Shown here: positions 38,560 through 52,182 of the stretch, in pieces
How the letters are laid out: each line of letters begins with the position of its first letter
Position numbering within the stretch: the first letter of the stretch is position 1
Notes under the pieces: generated by a model
Databases searched by the model: none
What the model was told of the DNA's origin: nothing
What the model saw: the letters and a program-made list of their open reading frames with translations, nothing else
Program-made: the position numbers and the translations under genes
DNA from: Lama guanicoe
Taxonomy: Eukaryota
Length of the DNA: 64,000 nucleotides
NCBI GenBank assembly: GCA_013239625.1
Contig: MU054049.1
Coordinates: 2,235,892 to 2,299,891 of the forward strand
Direction of reading: 5' to 3'

Positions 38560-41500
38560 ACAGTTTACAAAGAATTGCACATAGCTCATGGTTTTCCATT
38601 GAAACCCAACATTTTCCCCTATAGTCTCTCCTCTTTTAGTCAAAAACAAGATCCTGTTAGATTTGGCTTGATTCTTTACATAGGCACAACAAGAGTGTTA
38701 ATTTCTCTTGTTTGCTTTGCTGGAAGTTTTTATAAGGAATATCATATTGGATTTTTTAAAAAACCTCATTATTTGTGGTCCCAACGTTGGGAAGCCAAGC
38801 CAAGAACTTGCTATCAGATCTTACCCTGTTGCACCTATAAGAATTCCTAATTTTTTGAGGTCTCCCAAATAAAATTTTTAAGTTTCCTGAGCCTACCAGG
38901 AAGTGACTTTCCTTATGTGTCTGTAAGACTGGAAACCTTGCAAGCCAGTTTTTCTAAGAAGGTTTTGCATGCATGGCTCTGAAAAGTCAGCCTAAGTTCC
39001 TTAAATGTGTCTGGTCATATTCGATTGAATGAGTACCATCTTCAAAATGTGAGCTTGGTTGCAAAACCGGTGTTTCCGATTATGTCCCAGTGAAAAAGAA
39101 GACAGATTCTTATTTAACCTATTCAGATAGCTTTATTGCTATGAAAATAAGAATGTGCAATAAGAGTTTCTGAATTCTGGAGGGCTTTGACAAGAGTTTC
39201 ATTTCAGTTTATAAAAGCAGAGTCTACTAAATTACTGGGAATTAAAGGAAAGAGAAAAGTCGTCTTTGTATATTTAGAAAATAGAACATTCAAGCAATAT
39301 CAAGAGTGTTCAGAACAAAACCTACAATATTCCCTCATCAGTTCATTTAACCTTCTTTGATTCTTATTCCAGTGGCTCTTGGTAAGAGCCCTGGAAATCA
39401 TGACTTAGTCCACTGGTATGGTCTCAAAGTTCTGTTTAAATGATACCATCAAGAGCCTATACCCAAAACTACCTGGCACAGTCCTCTTCCGTGGGCCTCT
39501 GACATGGCCCTCTAGCCTGTAGCTGGTTGCAAGAGTTTTCAGGGAAATATCAAAAATAAATGACTAAAATATACAAAAAGATAATATTTGTAGGTGACAA
39601 AAAGGTATAAAATGGCTGTACTTACTTTCTTAGTGATAATTTTAAAAATGAAAGATCTGATGAGAGAATTTATTTCAAGAAAAATGTGACAGAGAAATTT
39701 GGTTGTTTCTGTGATATGCAAAAACAAGACAAAGTCAGTCCAAAAAAGTTTTAGACAAAATAATTATAAACATAATAAACTCTCTATTCAGAGAATGCAA
39801 TGAATGTAACATCTGATTTGTAAAAATGAGAATAAACTTTACAGAGGAAAAAATCTTGAGATATAATAATCCTGAGACATTAGTATACCATGAGTACAAC
39901 AAAAATATATCATGTCTGTCAAATAAAGAGATCAGTAAGTCAAGAATGGGGCATAAACCTCTGTGTATTACTGCAGATCCATAGTATGTGATGTGAACCC
40001 CCAGTTGAAAACCATTGGCCTAGAAGATGCTAGATTCAAATATTAAAGGCAAGTAGTGACCAAGTTAACATTCTGAAAAATAGCCTGATAATGACTGTAG
40101 AGAACAGAGCAGCATCAGAATTCTGATAAATAGAAAAGTATCATGACAGTATTGACAAATCTCTTCTCATTTCATAGCTCTTCCCACGCAGTTTGTCAGG
40201 AGTAACAAATCAAGTGAACTTGGTTGTTTTCAGTACCTCTCCTTTTATAGTTGAAAAGATAAATCCTTTTGATTTTTCAGGGGCCTTTGGGAAATCTCAA
40301 AGACACTTTTAGGTGCAAAAGATACCATGAAATTTTCCTTATATTTTACATTTAGGATTTAATTTTGTGAAGACAAAACCCAAAAGTTTCAGGAGATTTG
40401 AGCATTTAAAAGAGAAATTGGATCATAGGTGCCTGAGAAACAATGACTACTCATTTTAAAGTGACAACACACATAAGCATAGAAGATAACATTTTTGGAA
40501 AGAATTTAACTCTTTCATACGTGAGGAACTTTTGTTTTCTACTTAAATCAAGGACATAATAAAGTTAATATAAAAAGCACAGAAAATTAATCTGATAAAA
40601 AACAGAATCTGTGTTGCTTAGGTAGGTTGTAGAGAAGGTTAAGAATAACCCTATGACTGAGAGCAGACCAATTATCAAGAAAAGTTGTATTTTTAACAGT
40701 GAAAACAAAGTTCTAGTTTTATATCAGTATAATATTTGACACTAAAGGAACTACAGGCTTTTTTTTTTTTATAAAATCTCATTAATTGACCCATCAAAAC
40801 TGAGCCAGCTTGGGCCAAGGCAGATGAAATTCCCTCTCCTGAACCTTCTGCAGCTTTCTTGTTTTGTCCTTCACAAGCTTCTTTCTTATTCTGGAATAAC
40901 CAGCCCTTTTATTTTAGGATAAAATGATTTTTTCCCCTTCATAAACCAAAACCCATCTCATTACTATACACATAAAGTTGGACCTCTTGTTCACCATTAC
41001 TTTTAGGAGTCTCATTCGCATGTCATTATGACTTTTAACCAAAGTGACTTCTCTTACACAGAGAAAACTAGAGAGTGGATAATGATGAGCTGTCTGTCAC
41101 ACACCACCATTTAAGCAGACTGGCAGGGCTAATGTCCAGAGATAACACAGCTCTTTATAGCTACACATATTCTTACACAAGTCTTACAGAAGCAAAAAAA
41201 GAACATGTTTAATAGATTAACAGATCCAAAGACACAGCCTCTTTGTAGCACACAGAAATATGAAACAAAAGTGTATAAAATTATGCTTACTAGTAGATGT
41301 TTCAGTAGTCTGTTACTTAATAATGATCTAGGCATCCAGTGAATATCTGTTTTATTAGTCCAGTTTTTAAGTTACCTAAAGATCTTGAAAATTTATCTTT
41401 AAGCTGACGTATCACAAGAAATATTTACTGTTGAAATATTAGTTCATCAAAATGATTGGATTTAGTTAAACACAAATTTACATTTTTCATTTTACAATCT

Positions 41501-42760
41501 TAAACATTGGGCAGAGGTAACAGTAATTTTTTCAGTCAGAGAACTTGTAAATTTAAGAAAGACATATCCAGATAAAATCAAAATCTATGCTTATACTATA
41601 CTCAACACTGATAAATCAGAAAAGACAGCTATTTTTTATTAAATCAAGGACATAATAAAGTTAATATAAAAATATTAAACCAATCTCACTTGCCAAAGAT
41701 TTGCCTGAATTATCTTAACCTGATTTCTTAAGATGTTTCTGAATTGGCTTCTGTATGGATGCCTTTATAATCTAGCACACTGAAAGAATTAGAATTTTGC
41801 CTTCTTTACTGTCTAGGAATTTTAGGAATATTCTGTTTATACAGGTACTTACCTGTCTCTTTAAGTCAACCAGAATAGATTCCCTTAATTTAAGACCTTT
41901 TATAATCTAGTTTAATACCATCCCAAAGTAGAAAATTATTATACCTTCACACAATGAAAGGTAAAGGCTTTTCTGAGTTACAGGCGTGTAGAAATGCAGA
42001 CAGAATTTATAGCTTCTATTCTGAAATTTCAGCCATGGGTCAAGAGTAAACAGTATTACAAAACTCCTTGCTCTATATTAAAGAGCTGTTCTCTTCCTTG
42101 TAGGTATGAGTTCTTGATTTGAGCTCAGAACAGATGAAGAGACAAACAGAAAAGACTAACAAACCAGGTTATCTGTGGTCCCACCCATTAACCCATTTAC
42201 AGAAAATACAGAGATTTTAAAGATGGTGAGACTGTAGAACCAAATTCCCAATGGAGAGGAATTCATCAGAGATAAACATATCAAGACAAATTTAGTAAAG
42301 AGCTAAAGTTCTTTTCCTTCCCAGCAGATTCCAAGTTTTCCATCCAGGATTTTTGAATGGGATAGAACAATATGGTTTGAATAGAATAGCTCTGAGAGAT
42401 GGATGGCTCTGACTGGCCTAAAGCAATTAATGTTAACGCCTTCAACCATTCACTGTGGCAAGGTGTAGGGGCGGAATGTTGCTAGGAAACAGAAGTTCCC
42501 CAGCTCAGACAATGGCTAGACCAGATGTCTGGCATTAGTTACCAGCCTATGTCACAGACTAGAAACAAGTAAATGAATAGCAACTTAACTGTAACAGAAT
42601 TTGGCACCAGGAACTGGAGAGTTGCACATAACAGACCCTAATGTGGGCATTGACCAAATGGATTTAAGGGGTGATATTTAGGCAGTCTCTCGTCCCAGTG
42701 ATTGTTTTAGGCCAGTTGGCACCCATTCCTAGATCTGAGAGCGCACTAAATATGTTTATT
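38560..42760 (-). mobile_element. ERV1-class (MER4-group-like) non-coding internal region, no LTR recognised
   Basis: Recalled MER4-group internal motifs (gtttccgattatgtcc...acagattcttatt...aaaataagaat...ttctgaattctggagg); no intact ORFs. Confidence 0.65.
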
Positions 42761-42789
42761 TTTTTCACAATGAATGTAAATAATAATTC

Positions 42790-44925
42790 TAGTGTCCTTT
42801 TGTTTGTATATGTAGAAATACAATTAATTTTTCTGTGTTTATCTTGGATCCTGTGACCTTGCTTATTAACTCACTTGTTCTGGGTATTTTTGTTGTTGAT
42901 TCCTTGAGACCTTCTACATAGGTAATCATGTCATTTGCAAATAGAGACAGTTTTATTTCTCCATTCTGATATGTGTGCCCTTTGTTTTCTTTATTGTGCT
43001 GGCTAAAACTTTCAGCACTATGATAGAAGTGGTGAAAAACACTGAACAAACTAGAAATAGAGGGAAACTGCTTCAACCTAATAAAAGCCACATATGAAAA
43101 GCCCATGGTTAACATCATACTCAATGTTAAAAGACTAAAAACTTTTCCTCTACGATCAGGAATGAGACAAGGATGCCTGCTTTTGCCACTACTGTTCAAC
43201 AAGAGAGAAAAAGAAAAGACATCCAAATTGGAAAGAAGTAAAATTATCTGTATTCACAGATGACATGATTTTATATGTAGAACACCTTGGAGATCCTACC
43301 AGAAAAACTTACTTGAAATAATAAATTCAGCAAAGGTACAGGATACAAAATCAATACTCAAAAATCAGCTGCATTTCTATACACTAACAATGAATAATTC
43401 AAAAAAGGAAGCAGTGTGGTAACAACATAAAGACAAATGTTTGGACCAATCGATTATAATAGAGAACCCAGAAGTAAACCCTCGCATGTATGGTCAAGTG
43501 ATTTTTGACGAGAGTGCAAGACCGTTCAATGGGGAAAGGACAATCTTTTCAAAAACCAGGCTTGGCAAATTGGGATATCTACATACAGAGGAAGTTAGAC
43601 CCTTAACTTACACCATATACAAAAGTTAACTCAAAGACCTATCTACACATAAGCTATAAAACAGTTAAGAAGAAAACGTAGGAGGAAAGCTTCATGACAT
43701 TGGTTTTGGCAATTATTTCTTGAAAATGACACCAAAAGCACAGGCAACAAAACTAAAAATAGATAAACTGAACTACATCAAAATTAAACACTGCATCAAA
43801 GGACACAGTCGACAGAGTGTAAGGGCAACCCCTGTGGAATGGGAGAAAACATTTGCAAATCACATATCTGATAAGGGATTAATATTCAGAATATACAAAG
43901 AACTCCTGTAACTCATCAACAACAACAGACAAATAATCTAATTAGAATGGGCAAAGACTTGAATAGATGTTTCTCTGAAGAAGATATATAAATGACTAAT
44001 AAGCATATGAAAAGATATTCAACATTACTAATCATTAGGGAAATGCAACTCAAATCTATAATGAAATATCACCTCACACATCAGGATAGCTACTGAAAAA
44101 AGGTTCTGTCATGGATATGGAGAAATTGGAACCCTTATGCACTTTTGGTGGAAATGTAAAGTGGTGCAGCTTCTATAGAAAACAGTATGACATTTCCTCA
44201 GAAAATTAAAGATACCATTACCATATAATCCAGCAACTCAATTTCTGAGCATATAATTTGAAAGAATTGAAAGCAAGGTCTTGAAGAGATATTTGGACAC
44301 CTGTATTCATAACATGGTGGCTAAAAGGTGGAAGCAACGCAATTGACCATTGACAGATAAATGGATAAAATATGGTATATACATACAGTAGAATTTTATT
44401 CAATCTGCTTAAAAAGGAATGAAATTCTGACACATGCTAGAACATGGGTGAACCTTGAAGACATTATGCTAAGTGAAATAAACCAATAATAGGGAGAAAA
44501 ATTCTGTTTGATTCCACTTAATATTGCAGTATCTAGAGTAGTCAAATTCATAGGGAAAAAATAAAATGGTGGTTGCTAGGCACTGGAGAGACAGAGAAAT
44601 GGGGAGTTATTGTTTAATGTGTATAGAGTTGCATCTTTGCAAGGTGAGAAAGTTCTGGAGATTGGTTGCATGACAACATAGATATTAACATTACTGAACT
44701 AAACACTTAAAAATAGTTAAGGTGGTGAATTTTATGTTATATGTATTTTACCCCAATTAAAATTGAAAAATGAAAGAATGTTGAGAGCCAACATTATTGC
44801 CTTGTTTGTAATCTTAGGGAGGAAGCCTTCAGTCTTTCATTATTAAGTATAATGTTGGCCTGTAGTTTTTTTTTGTTTTTTTTTTTGTATGTTGTTTATC
44901 TTGTTGAGGAAGTTCCCTTCTATTA
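42790..44925 (-). mobile_element. Old L1 ORF2 fragment hosting a sense L1
   Basis: Minus text at 42790-43035 (IKLSLFANDMITYVE) resumes at ~44776. Confidence 0.75.
43036..44775 (+). mobile_element. 5'-truncated L1MB-like element with an internal deletion near 43410
   Basis: RT-region text, ORF2 remnants (MTPKAQATKLKIDKLNYIKIK), 3'UTR ending ttttaccccaattaaaa. Confidence 0.88.
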
Positions 44926-47900
44926 TTTTCACGTGTTTATTGGCCGTTGGTGTATTGTCTTTGGAGTAATGTCTATTCAGATCCTTTGCTCATTTTACAA
45001 TTATTATTTTTACTATTTTTGTAAGCATTTTTATATGTTCTAGATATGTCTCTTATGAAATATACAATTTGCAAATGTTTCCTCCCATTCTGTAGCTATT
45101 CTTTTTTGATAGTATGCTTTGAAGCACAAAAGTTTTTAATTTTGATGAAATCACATCAACCTATTTTTTTGTTTTGTCACTAATTGTTTTGTTGTCATCT
45201 CTTACAAGGCTTTGCTTAATCCAAAGTCATGAAGATTTACTCCTGTATTTTATTATTAGTTATATAGTTTTAGTTATTATATTTGGTCTATGATCCATTT
45301 TGAGTTAATTTTTTGTGTATGCTGTGAGGAGAGGTCCTGCTTCATTTTTTTGTATGTGAATTTCCAGTTGTCTCAGCCTTACTTGTTGGAAAAACTATTA
45401 TTTTTCCAGTCACCTGTCTTACACTCTTGAAAATTAGCTAACTGTAAATGTAAAGGTGTATTTCTGGGTTTTCTGTTTTATTCCATTGACTGGCCTGTTC
45501 TTACGCCATTATCACATTGTTTGATTACTATAGCTTTGTACTAAGTTTTGATAATCAGTATAGCTTTTGTACTAAGTTTTGATAATCAGTATAGCTTTTG
45601 GAGATTATTCTGGGTATCCTACGTCCCATGTAATGAACGTTAGGGTCAGTTTGTAGTTGCTCCAAAAAGTCAACTGGGATTTTAGTAGGGATTGCCTTGA
45701 GTCTGTAGATCGAATGGAGAGTATTGACATCCTAACAATTTTAAGTCTTCTGATTCATGAACACAGGATGTTGTTCCATTTATTTAGGTCTTTGATTTCT
45801 TTAAAAAATACTTTGTAGCCTCACTATAAATTTTGCATTTATTTTGTTGAATTTATTCCTAAGTATTTTGCCTGTTTTGTCATACTGTAAATGAGTTTTC
45901 TAAATTTTGTTTTTGGAATGTTCATTTACAGTGTAGAAAAATGCAGTTGATTTTTGTATATTGTTCTTGTTCTTAGCATTTTCTGTATACAAGGTCATGT
46001 CATCTGTGAATAGAGAGTTTTATTTCTTCCTTTCCAAGATGAATGTCTTTTCTTTTTCTTTTTGTTACCTAATTGCCCTGCCTAGAACCTTCACTACAAC
46101 ATTGAGTAGAAGTTAGAAGATGGGACATCTTGTCTTGTTTCTAACCTTACTATGAAACCATTGATTCTTTTATCAGTAGAAGTGATGTTAATTATAGGTT
46201 TTTTTGTAGATGCACTTCATCAGGCTGAGGAAAGACTCTTCTATTTGTAGTTTTTGAGTGTTTTTTTAATCAGCAAAGGTGTTAGATTTTGTCAAATATT
46301 TGTTCTTTGTCATGTTTGAATTCTGTTGATCTTGTTGAGTTTCAGCTGTTAGTCCAACCTTGCTTTCCTGGAATAAATCCCACTCAATCATGGTGAATAT
46401 CATTTTTATCAGTTGGTGGATTTGGTTTGCTAGTATTTTGTTGAGAATTCTTGAGTATGTTTTCATAAAGGATATTGGTATGTAGTTTTCTATTCTTGTG
46501 ATATCTTTGTCTTTTTTTCCCCTAGAATAATGCTAGCCTCATAGAATGAGTTGGGGAAGAACTTACAAAGAATTAGTAGTTTTTCTTATTTAAATGTTTG
46601 GTGGAATTAACCAGTGATGCCGTCTGGGCCTGGACTTCTCTTTTTGGGAGGTTTTAAAATGTCTAACTCAGTCTAGTTTAGTCAGATTTTCTATTTCTTT
46701 AGTCACTTTTGGTAGTTTGTGTTTCTGTAGGAATCTTCTTCTTTTATTTTAGTCATCTAATTTCTTGGCATAAAATTCTTCCTAATATTCCCTTATAATT
46801 CTTTATGTTTCTGTAAGATTGATAGTACTCATTCTTTTATTCCTAATTTTAGTAATTTGAGTTGTTTTTCTTTTTTTACTTGGTAAAACTGGTTAAAGGT
46901 TTGTTGATTTTTTAAAAAAATCTCGTTAAAGAACCAACTTTTGGTTTTGTTGATTATTCTCTATCAACTTTTATTTCTTATTTCATTAACATTCCCTGTA
47001 ATCTTTCCCTTTGTTTGCTTTAGTTGTAGTTCACTCTTTTCTTACCAGTGATTTGTTGTGGAAGTAATTTATTTGAGATTATTCTTCTTCCTTATTTTTA
47101 TCAGCATTTACAGCTGTAAATATTTCTCTAAACACTGTTTTAACTGCATTGTATAAGTTTGGTGTTTTGAGTCTTCATTTTTATTCATCTCAAGTAAATT
47201 TTCTAATTTTCCTTGTGAGTTCTTTAACCCATTGGTTATTTTTAGATTTTATTTTTTAATTTCCACAAGTGTGTGAATTTCTCTACTTTGTTATTGATAT
47301 CTAATTTAACTTATTATTGTTTGAAATTATACTTTGTCTGATTTCAGTCCTTTCAAATCTATTGAAGCTTGTTTTATGGCCTCTACCTTGCAGGCTGTCC
47401 TGGAGGGAGCCCATGTGGGCTTGAGGAGTGTGCATATTCTGTCGTTGCTGGGCTTAGCGTCCTACAGAGGTCTGCTGTGTCAGACTGGCTTATACTGCTG
47501 TTCAAGTCTTTTGTTGGTCTTCTACTGAGTTGTTCTGTTCATTATTGAATATGAATATTGAAGTCTGCTGACATTGTTTAATTCTCTGGTTTTTCACTCA
47601 GTTCTGTCAGTTTTTGCTTTATGTAATTTTTGGCTCTCTTATGAGATGCATATCTATTTATAGTTGTTATATCTTCATGATGGGTATAATAAACATCCCT
47701 CCTTATCTCTAGTATCATTTTCTTAAGTCTATTTTATCTCATATTGGTATGATCATTCCAGCTTCCTTATGGTTGCTGTTTTTGCAGTTCATCTTTTCTC
47801 TCCTTCTAACTAATCCTACTTGTCATTTTGAATCTGAAGTGTTTCCTCTAGATGGTGTACAGTTGCTTTTTGTGTTTTTATGCAGTGTGACAACTCTTCC

Positions 47901-48478
47901 TTTTGATTGTATTGTTAATGTTTAATGCCATTAAATGGTTTGATTTGTCTGCCACTTCAGTTTTTGTTTTCTGTATAGCTTATGCTTTTTTTTCCCGTTT
48001 CTTTTACTGTTTTGTTTTTCAGTAAGTGAATTTTTAAAAATTACTTTCTTATTGTTTGATCCGGTTTGCAATATACTATTTTTTCCTTAGCAGAATCTAC
48101 TTCAAGTTCATATTAATTCCAGTAAGATATAAAATTATTCCTCCTGTGTCCCTCTATTCCCACTTCCCTTTCTTTGCTAATATTGTTCTACATATTACAT
48201 CTGTATATGTTACAGACCAAACAATACATTGCTGCAGTTACTAACTTTTGTCTTTTACAGAAGTGAAAGAAAGGAGAGCATGTACATATTTATTGTTTGT
48301 TATTTTAAAGTTATTTATTATTTATTGTTCCCTTTACTTGTTTCTGTGGATTTGAGTTGCCATCTGATATCAGTTCCTTTTGCCAGTACAGCTTTGTCCC
48401 CACCCACCTTTTTTGTTTGTTATTGTCAAATATATTTCATTTCTCCATGTTATGGTCCAACATGCAATTATATATGTA

Positions 48479-48511
<33 letters not shown>

Positions 48512-50790
48512 TTTTATATAATTCATTTTAAAATCATTAAGAGAAGGAAGGAGAAGAAATATATATGCAAATACAGTCTTTTATAGTTTTATAATTAGTT
48601 GTAAGGGTATTTTTTGGTTTTTTGTGTGGTTTCTAATTATTTTTTGGTATTAATTGCTTTCAACCTGAAGAACTTTTCTTTAATATGTCTTTTAAGGTTA
48701 TCTGCTAGGAGTGAATTCTTTGAGTTTTTGTTTTTTGGGGAATGTCTTCATTTTACCTTTATTCGTGAAGATAGGTTTGCTGGATATAATATTCTTGGTT
48801 GACATTCTTTTTCTTTCAGTTCTCTAAATATGTCCTCCCTCAGTGTTTTGGCCTCCATTGTTTCTGACAAGAAGTCAGCTGTTAATCTTTCGGGGTTTCC
48901 TTTGTACATGATGTGTTATTTTTCTCTTGTTGCTTTTAGTATTTCTCTTTTTCAGCATGTTAATTTGATGAGTCTGGGTGTGGATCCCTGTGCTTTTTTC
49001 CTACTACAATTTAATTTAGCTTCCTGGGTGTGTAGATTAACGTTTCTATAAAATTTGGACGTTTTCAGCCATTATTTTTCTGAATATTTTTTTCTCTGTC
49101 TTTCTCTCCTTTCCCTCTCATACTCCCATTATGGCCCACTTAATCACATTCCACATTTCTGTAAGGCTCCATTTAGGGTTTTAATTCTTTTTGGTGTTTA
49201 TTCTTCAGATTGCATAATCTCTTATGATCTATCTTCTAGTTTATTGACTCTTTCCTCTGCCAGCTCAAATCTACTCTGAGTCCCTATAATGAATTTTTCA
49301 TTCCAGTTATTGTTCTTTTCAGTTCCACATTCTCAATGCTCAGTTTTTACAATTTTTAATCTCTTTATTGCTGTTTTCCATTGGATAAGGTACTGTCATC
49401 ATATCTTCCTTTGCCTCTTTAAGATGGCTTCTTTTAGTTCTATGAACATGTTTATAATAGCTACTTTTGAAGCCTGTGTGTACTGAGTATGATATCTGGG
49501 CCCTCTCAAGGGCAGTTTCTGTTACCTGCCTTTTTTTCTTGCGTACAGGTCATACTTTTCTGTTTCTCTGCATATCTTTTAATTTTCTGTTCAATAGTGT
49601 GCATTTTAGATAGTGCTTTTTAGCAACTCTGAAGTGTAATTCTTTTGCCCCACCTCACCCCCTTGGGGGTGATGGGTTTTGTTTTTTTGTTTAGTGACTT
49701 AGCTGGACTGTATCGTAAAATCTGTTTTCCTCACAATGTGCGGCCTCTGATGTTGCTTCTCGGGGGAAGCCTTTGGTGTGCACACTCTAAAGCTGGGATG
49801 ACTTTTCCAGCAGTACTCTTTTTGACTGCCTCTTTCCCTTTTCAATTCATGAAGCCTTCTTGTCTCTGTTGATTCCACGCTCAGTTTTTAGTGTTTACTA
49901 ATTGCTGGCTGATTGCTGTGCTATTTTGGATAATTTTGTGAAGAGTAAAATGCTCCACCGTCTGATCCAGGGAAATTCAGATCCCGTTGCTGTAGGAGTC
50001 TTTGAAGCCAGTACTTGAGGTTTCTTCTGACCTCAGGAGCACCTACTTAGCTGTCTCTGTGCCTGGTTTTCTGTGGTATACTTTCTGTGACTGTTGTATG
50101 GCTTAGCTTGTTGCTCTCCTGGAGCTACCAGCCTCCTGATTTCTTACCAGTAAGACACCATTGTTCTTGACAGTATCCGTACACTTGAACTTCTCCATCC
50201 TCTGCTCCAAGTCATCTCAGTTTCTTTGGAGATAGCTTGGGAGCTTTGATCTTTTGGCCTGCCTGTCCACCTTTGCTAACTCTAAGCCTGTGCTCCAGCA
50301 CTGAGGCAGGTACAGTAGCCCGCATCTTTTGAAATAAAATACCTGCTTTAAGGGCAGTGGTCTGTGGTTTTCTCGGCTTGTGGTCTCAGTGTGGGACCGT
50401 CACCTTATCAGCATGTTAGGTTGTGTGCAGTTGGAGCCCCCTTATACTCAATCTGCCAAGCGTGTTGCAGAGCTTCTGCCCTGCTGGTGGGCACTGTGCA
50501 GAAGAAGAAAGCCCAGACCTACCTCTAAGTCACTTCTGCCTGGAACATGGCTTCTAAAATAGGGCTGAGACAGTGGGATGTATAATACTCTCTGTGAGAT
50601 GCTGTCCTGTTCTTCTGGGAGCTGGGGGAAAAGGGAGCCATTTTCTCATGGCTGCATGGCTTAAAGTGCTTCTGTCAACCTGGGGAGAGACTGGATTGTG
50701 GATCAGATGCCACAGATTCTGACTAGTCTTCCCTAGATTTAGTAGATTTTCTTGAATAAATGTTTCTCCACTTGCTTTATGCCCTTAGGG
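44926..50790 (-). mobile_element. Long old L1 (ORF2 to 5'UTR) lacking its 3' end
   Basis: Continuous antisense ORF2 (KILANQIHQLIK at 46266-46466), ORF1 region ~48600-49500, 5'UTR-like region to ~50790. Confidence 0.85.
45529..45600. repeat. Tandem duplication, 30-31 nt unit x ~2.4
   Basis: tatagct(t)ttgtactaagttttgataatcag at 45529-45558 and 45559-45589, partial third copy to 45600. Confidence 0.95.
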
Positions 50791-51164
50791 CACTTTTTGA
50801 TATCTTAGGAAGTAAGTGTGCCATTTTGCTATTTGTTTTCTGTTTTTTCCTCTCCCACCCACACACGCCACCCTCTCTTTCTTCTCTTTCTCCTGCCATA
50901 AAACACTTTAAGAATTCCTTTTTGTTTTATCTCGGTGTTAATGACTATGTCTTTTTGTATAGCTTTTTTAATGCTTGCGTATCTTTGGAAGTTTTCATCG
51001 TTTCATAGTTTTTATATCTTATACTGCTAACTTTTGAACAGTTGGAAAACAGTTATAGTAGTATTTTGATGTCCTTTTCTGCGATTCTAACATGTGCTAG
51101 TTTTAATTGACTATTCTCATTATAGGTTGTATGTTATTCCTTCTTTGTATCTCTGGTGTAAGTC

Positions 51165-52182
51165 TTCCCTACTGCATACCAAAGTGCAGTGCTTGTCTCA
51201 GAGCAAAACACTTGTATGATTGAATTGCTACCTGAACTATCACTTTTTTAAAAATGAAATAATAACTTTTACTTAGAAGAATGACTGACAGACTACAGTT
51301 AATCTGACCTGAGTATGTGGCAGACATTTTCTCTAAATTGAAAGAATGAGCCGGTCTTTCACTTCAAGGAAAGCAAGTAACAGTTTTTGTTGCCAGTGAT
51401 AAAATTTGAGGTTTCTAAGTAGAAATTCAGATTTTAGAAAACGTGTATGCATGTTTTTAGTAATTAAAACTTCTCATGCAATTGATGGTTATATTAATGA
51501 GTGTGAGGTTTGTGGGTTTGTTATTTTCTTTGAGATTGCATAATAAAATGTATCAATCTTGCAGATTTGCATAATTCAGTGAGCCAGTAATTTCTAAATG
51601 GCCAAGATGTGATGTTACAAAGTCATGCATGGTTAAGAGATTGTTTCAAAGAAAGATGGGGCAGTTGATTTTAATGGAGTATTAAAAGTCCATTAATATC
51701 ATTTCAGAGTCTAAATCCCAGGTAATTGTAGTTTCTGTGTAGTACAAAAAATAATATCTACAAGTATCATGAATTATTATTAACATACAAATTCCTTTTT
51801 CTAACTGTATAACTGTCTAAAGCCAAATCTTTATTTACTTCAATCAAAACAACATATCAGAGGTTGAACGCATAAGCATATGTGAGAATCCAGCTGTCTC
51901 CTATTAATTAGACAATAACAAGATTTACAAAAATGTAAAACCAGGCTACTCTGCTCACTTTTTTTGCGGTTGGAAAAATAGTTGTTTTTCATAAAAACAT
52001 TTATTTTAACTGGGTTCATAATTCTAAATGAATTAAAAGATTCGTAATTCTTAAATTATCCATTTTAATTTCTAATATAAATATCAATATATACAACCCA
52101 TATAAACAAAAGATATTGGGAGCCCTCAGTAATTCTTTACATCGTAAAGGAGTCCTGAGACCAAAAAGTTCGAGACTTCTGC
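51165..52182 (+). mobile_element. Charlie1-like hAT transposon 3' portion (transposase remnant)
   Basis: gcagacattttctctaaattgaa (ADIFSKL-like); terminal gtcctgagaccaaaaagttcgagacttctg. Confidence 0.8.

Noticed and set aside
42789..43226. 145-aa ORF suggesting a second twin-primed L1
   Set aside because: The antisense L1 resumes after 44775, so this is a sense L1 nested in an older antisense L1.
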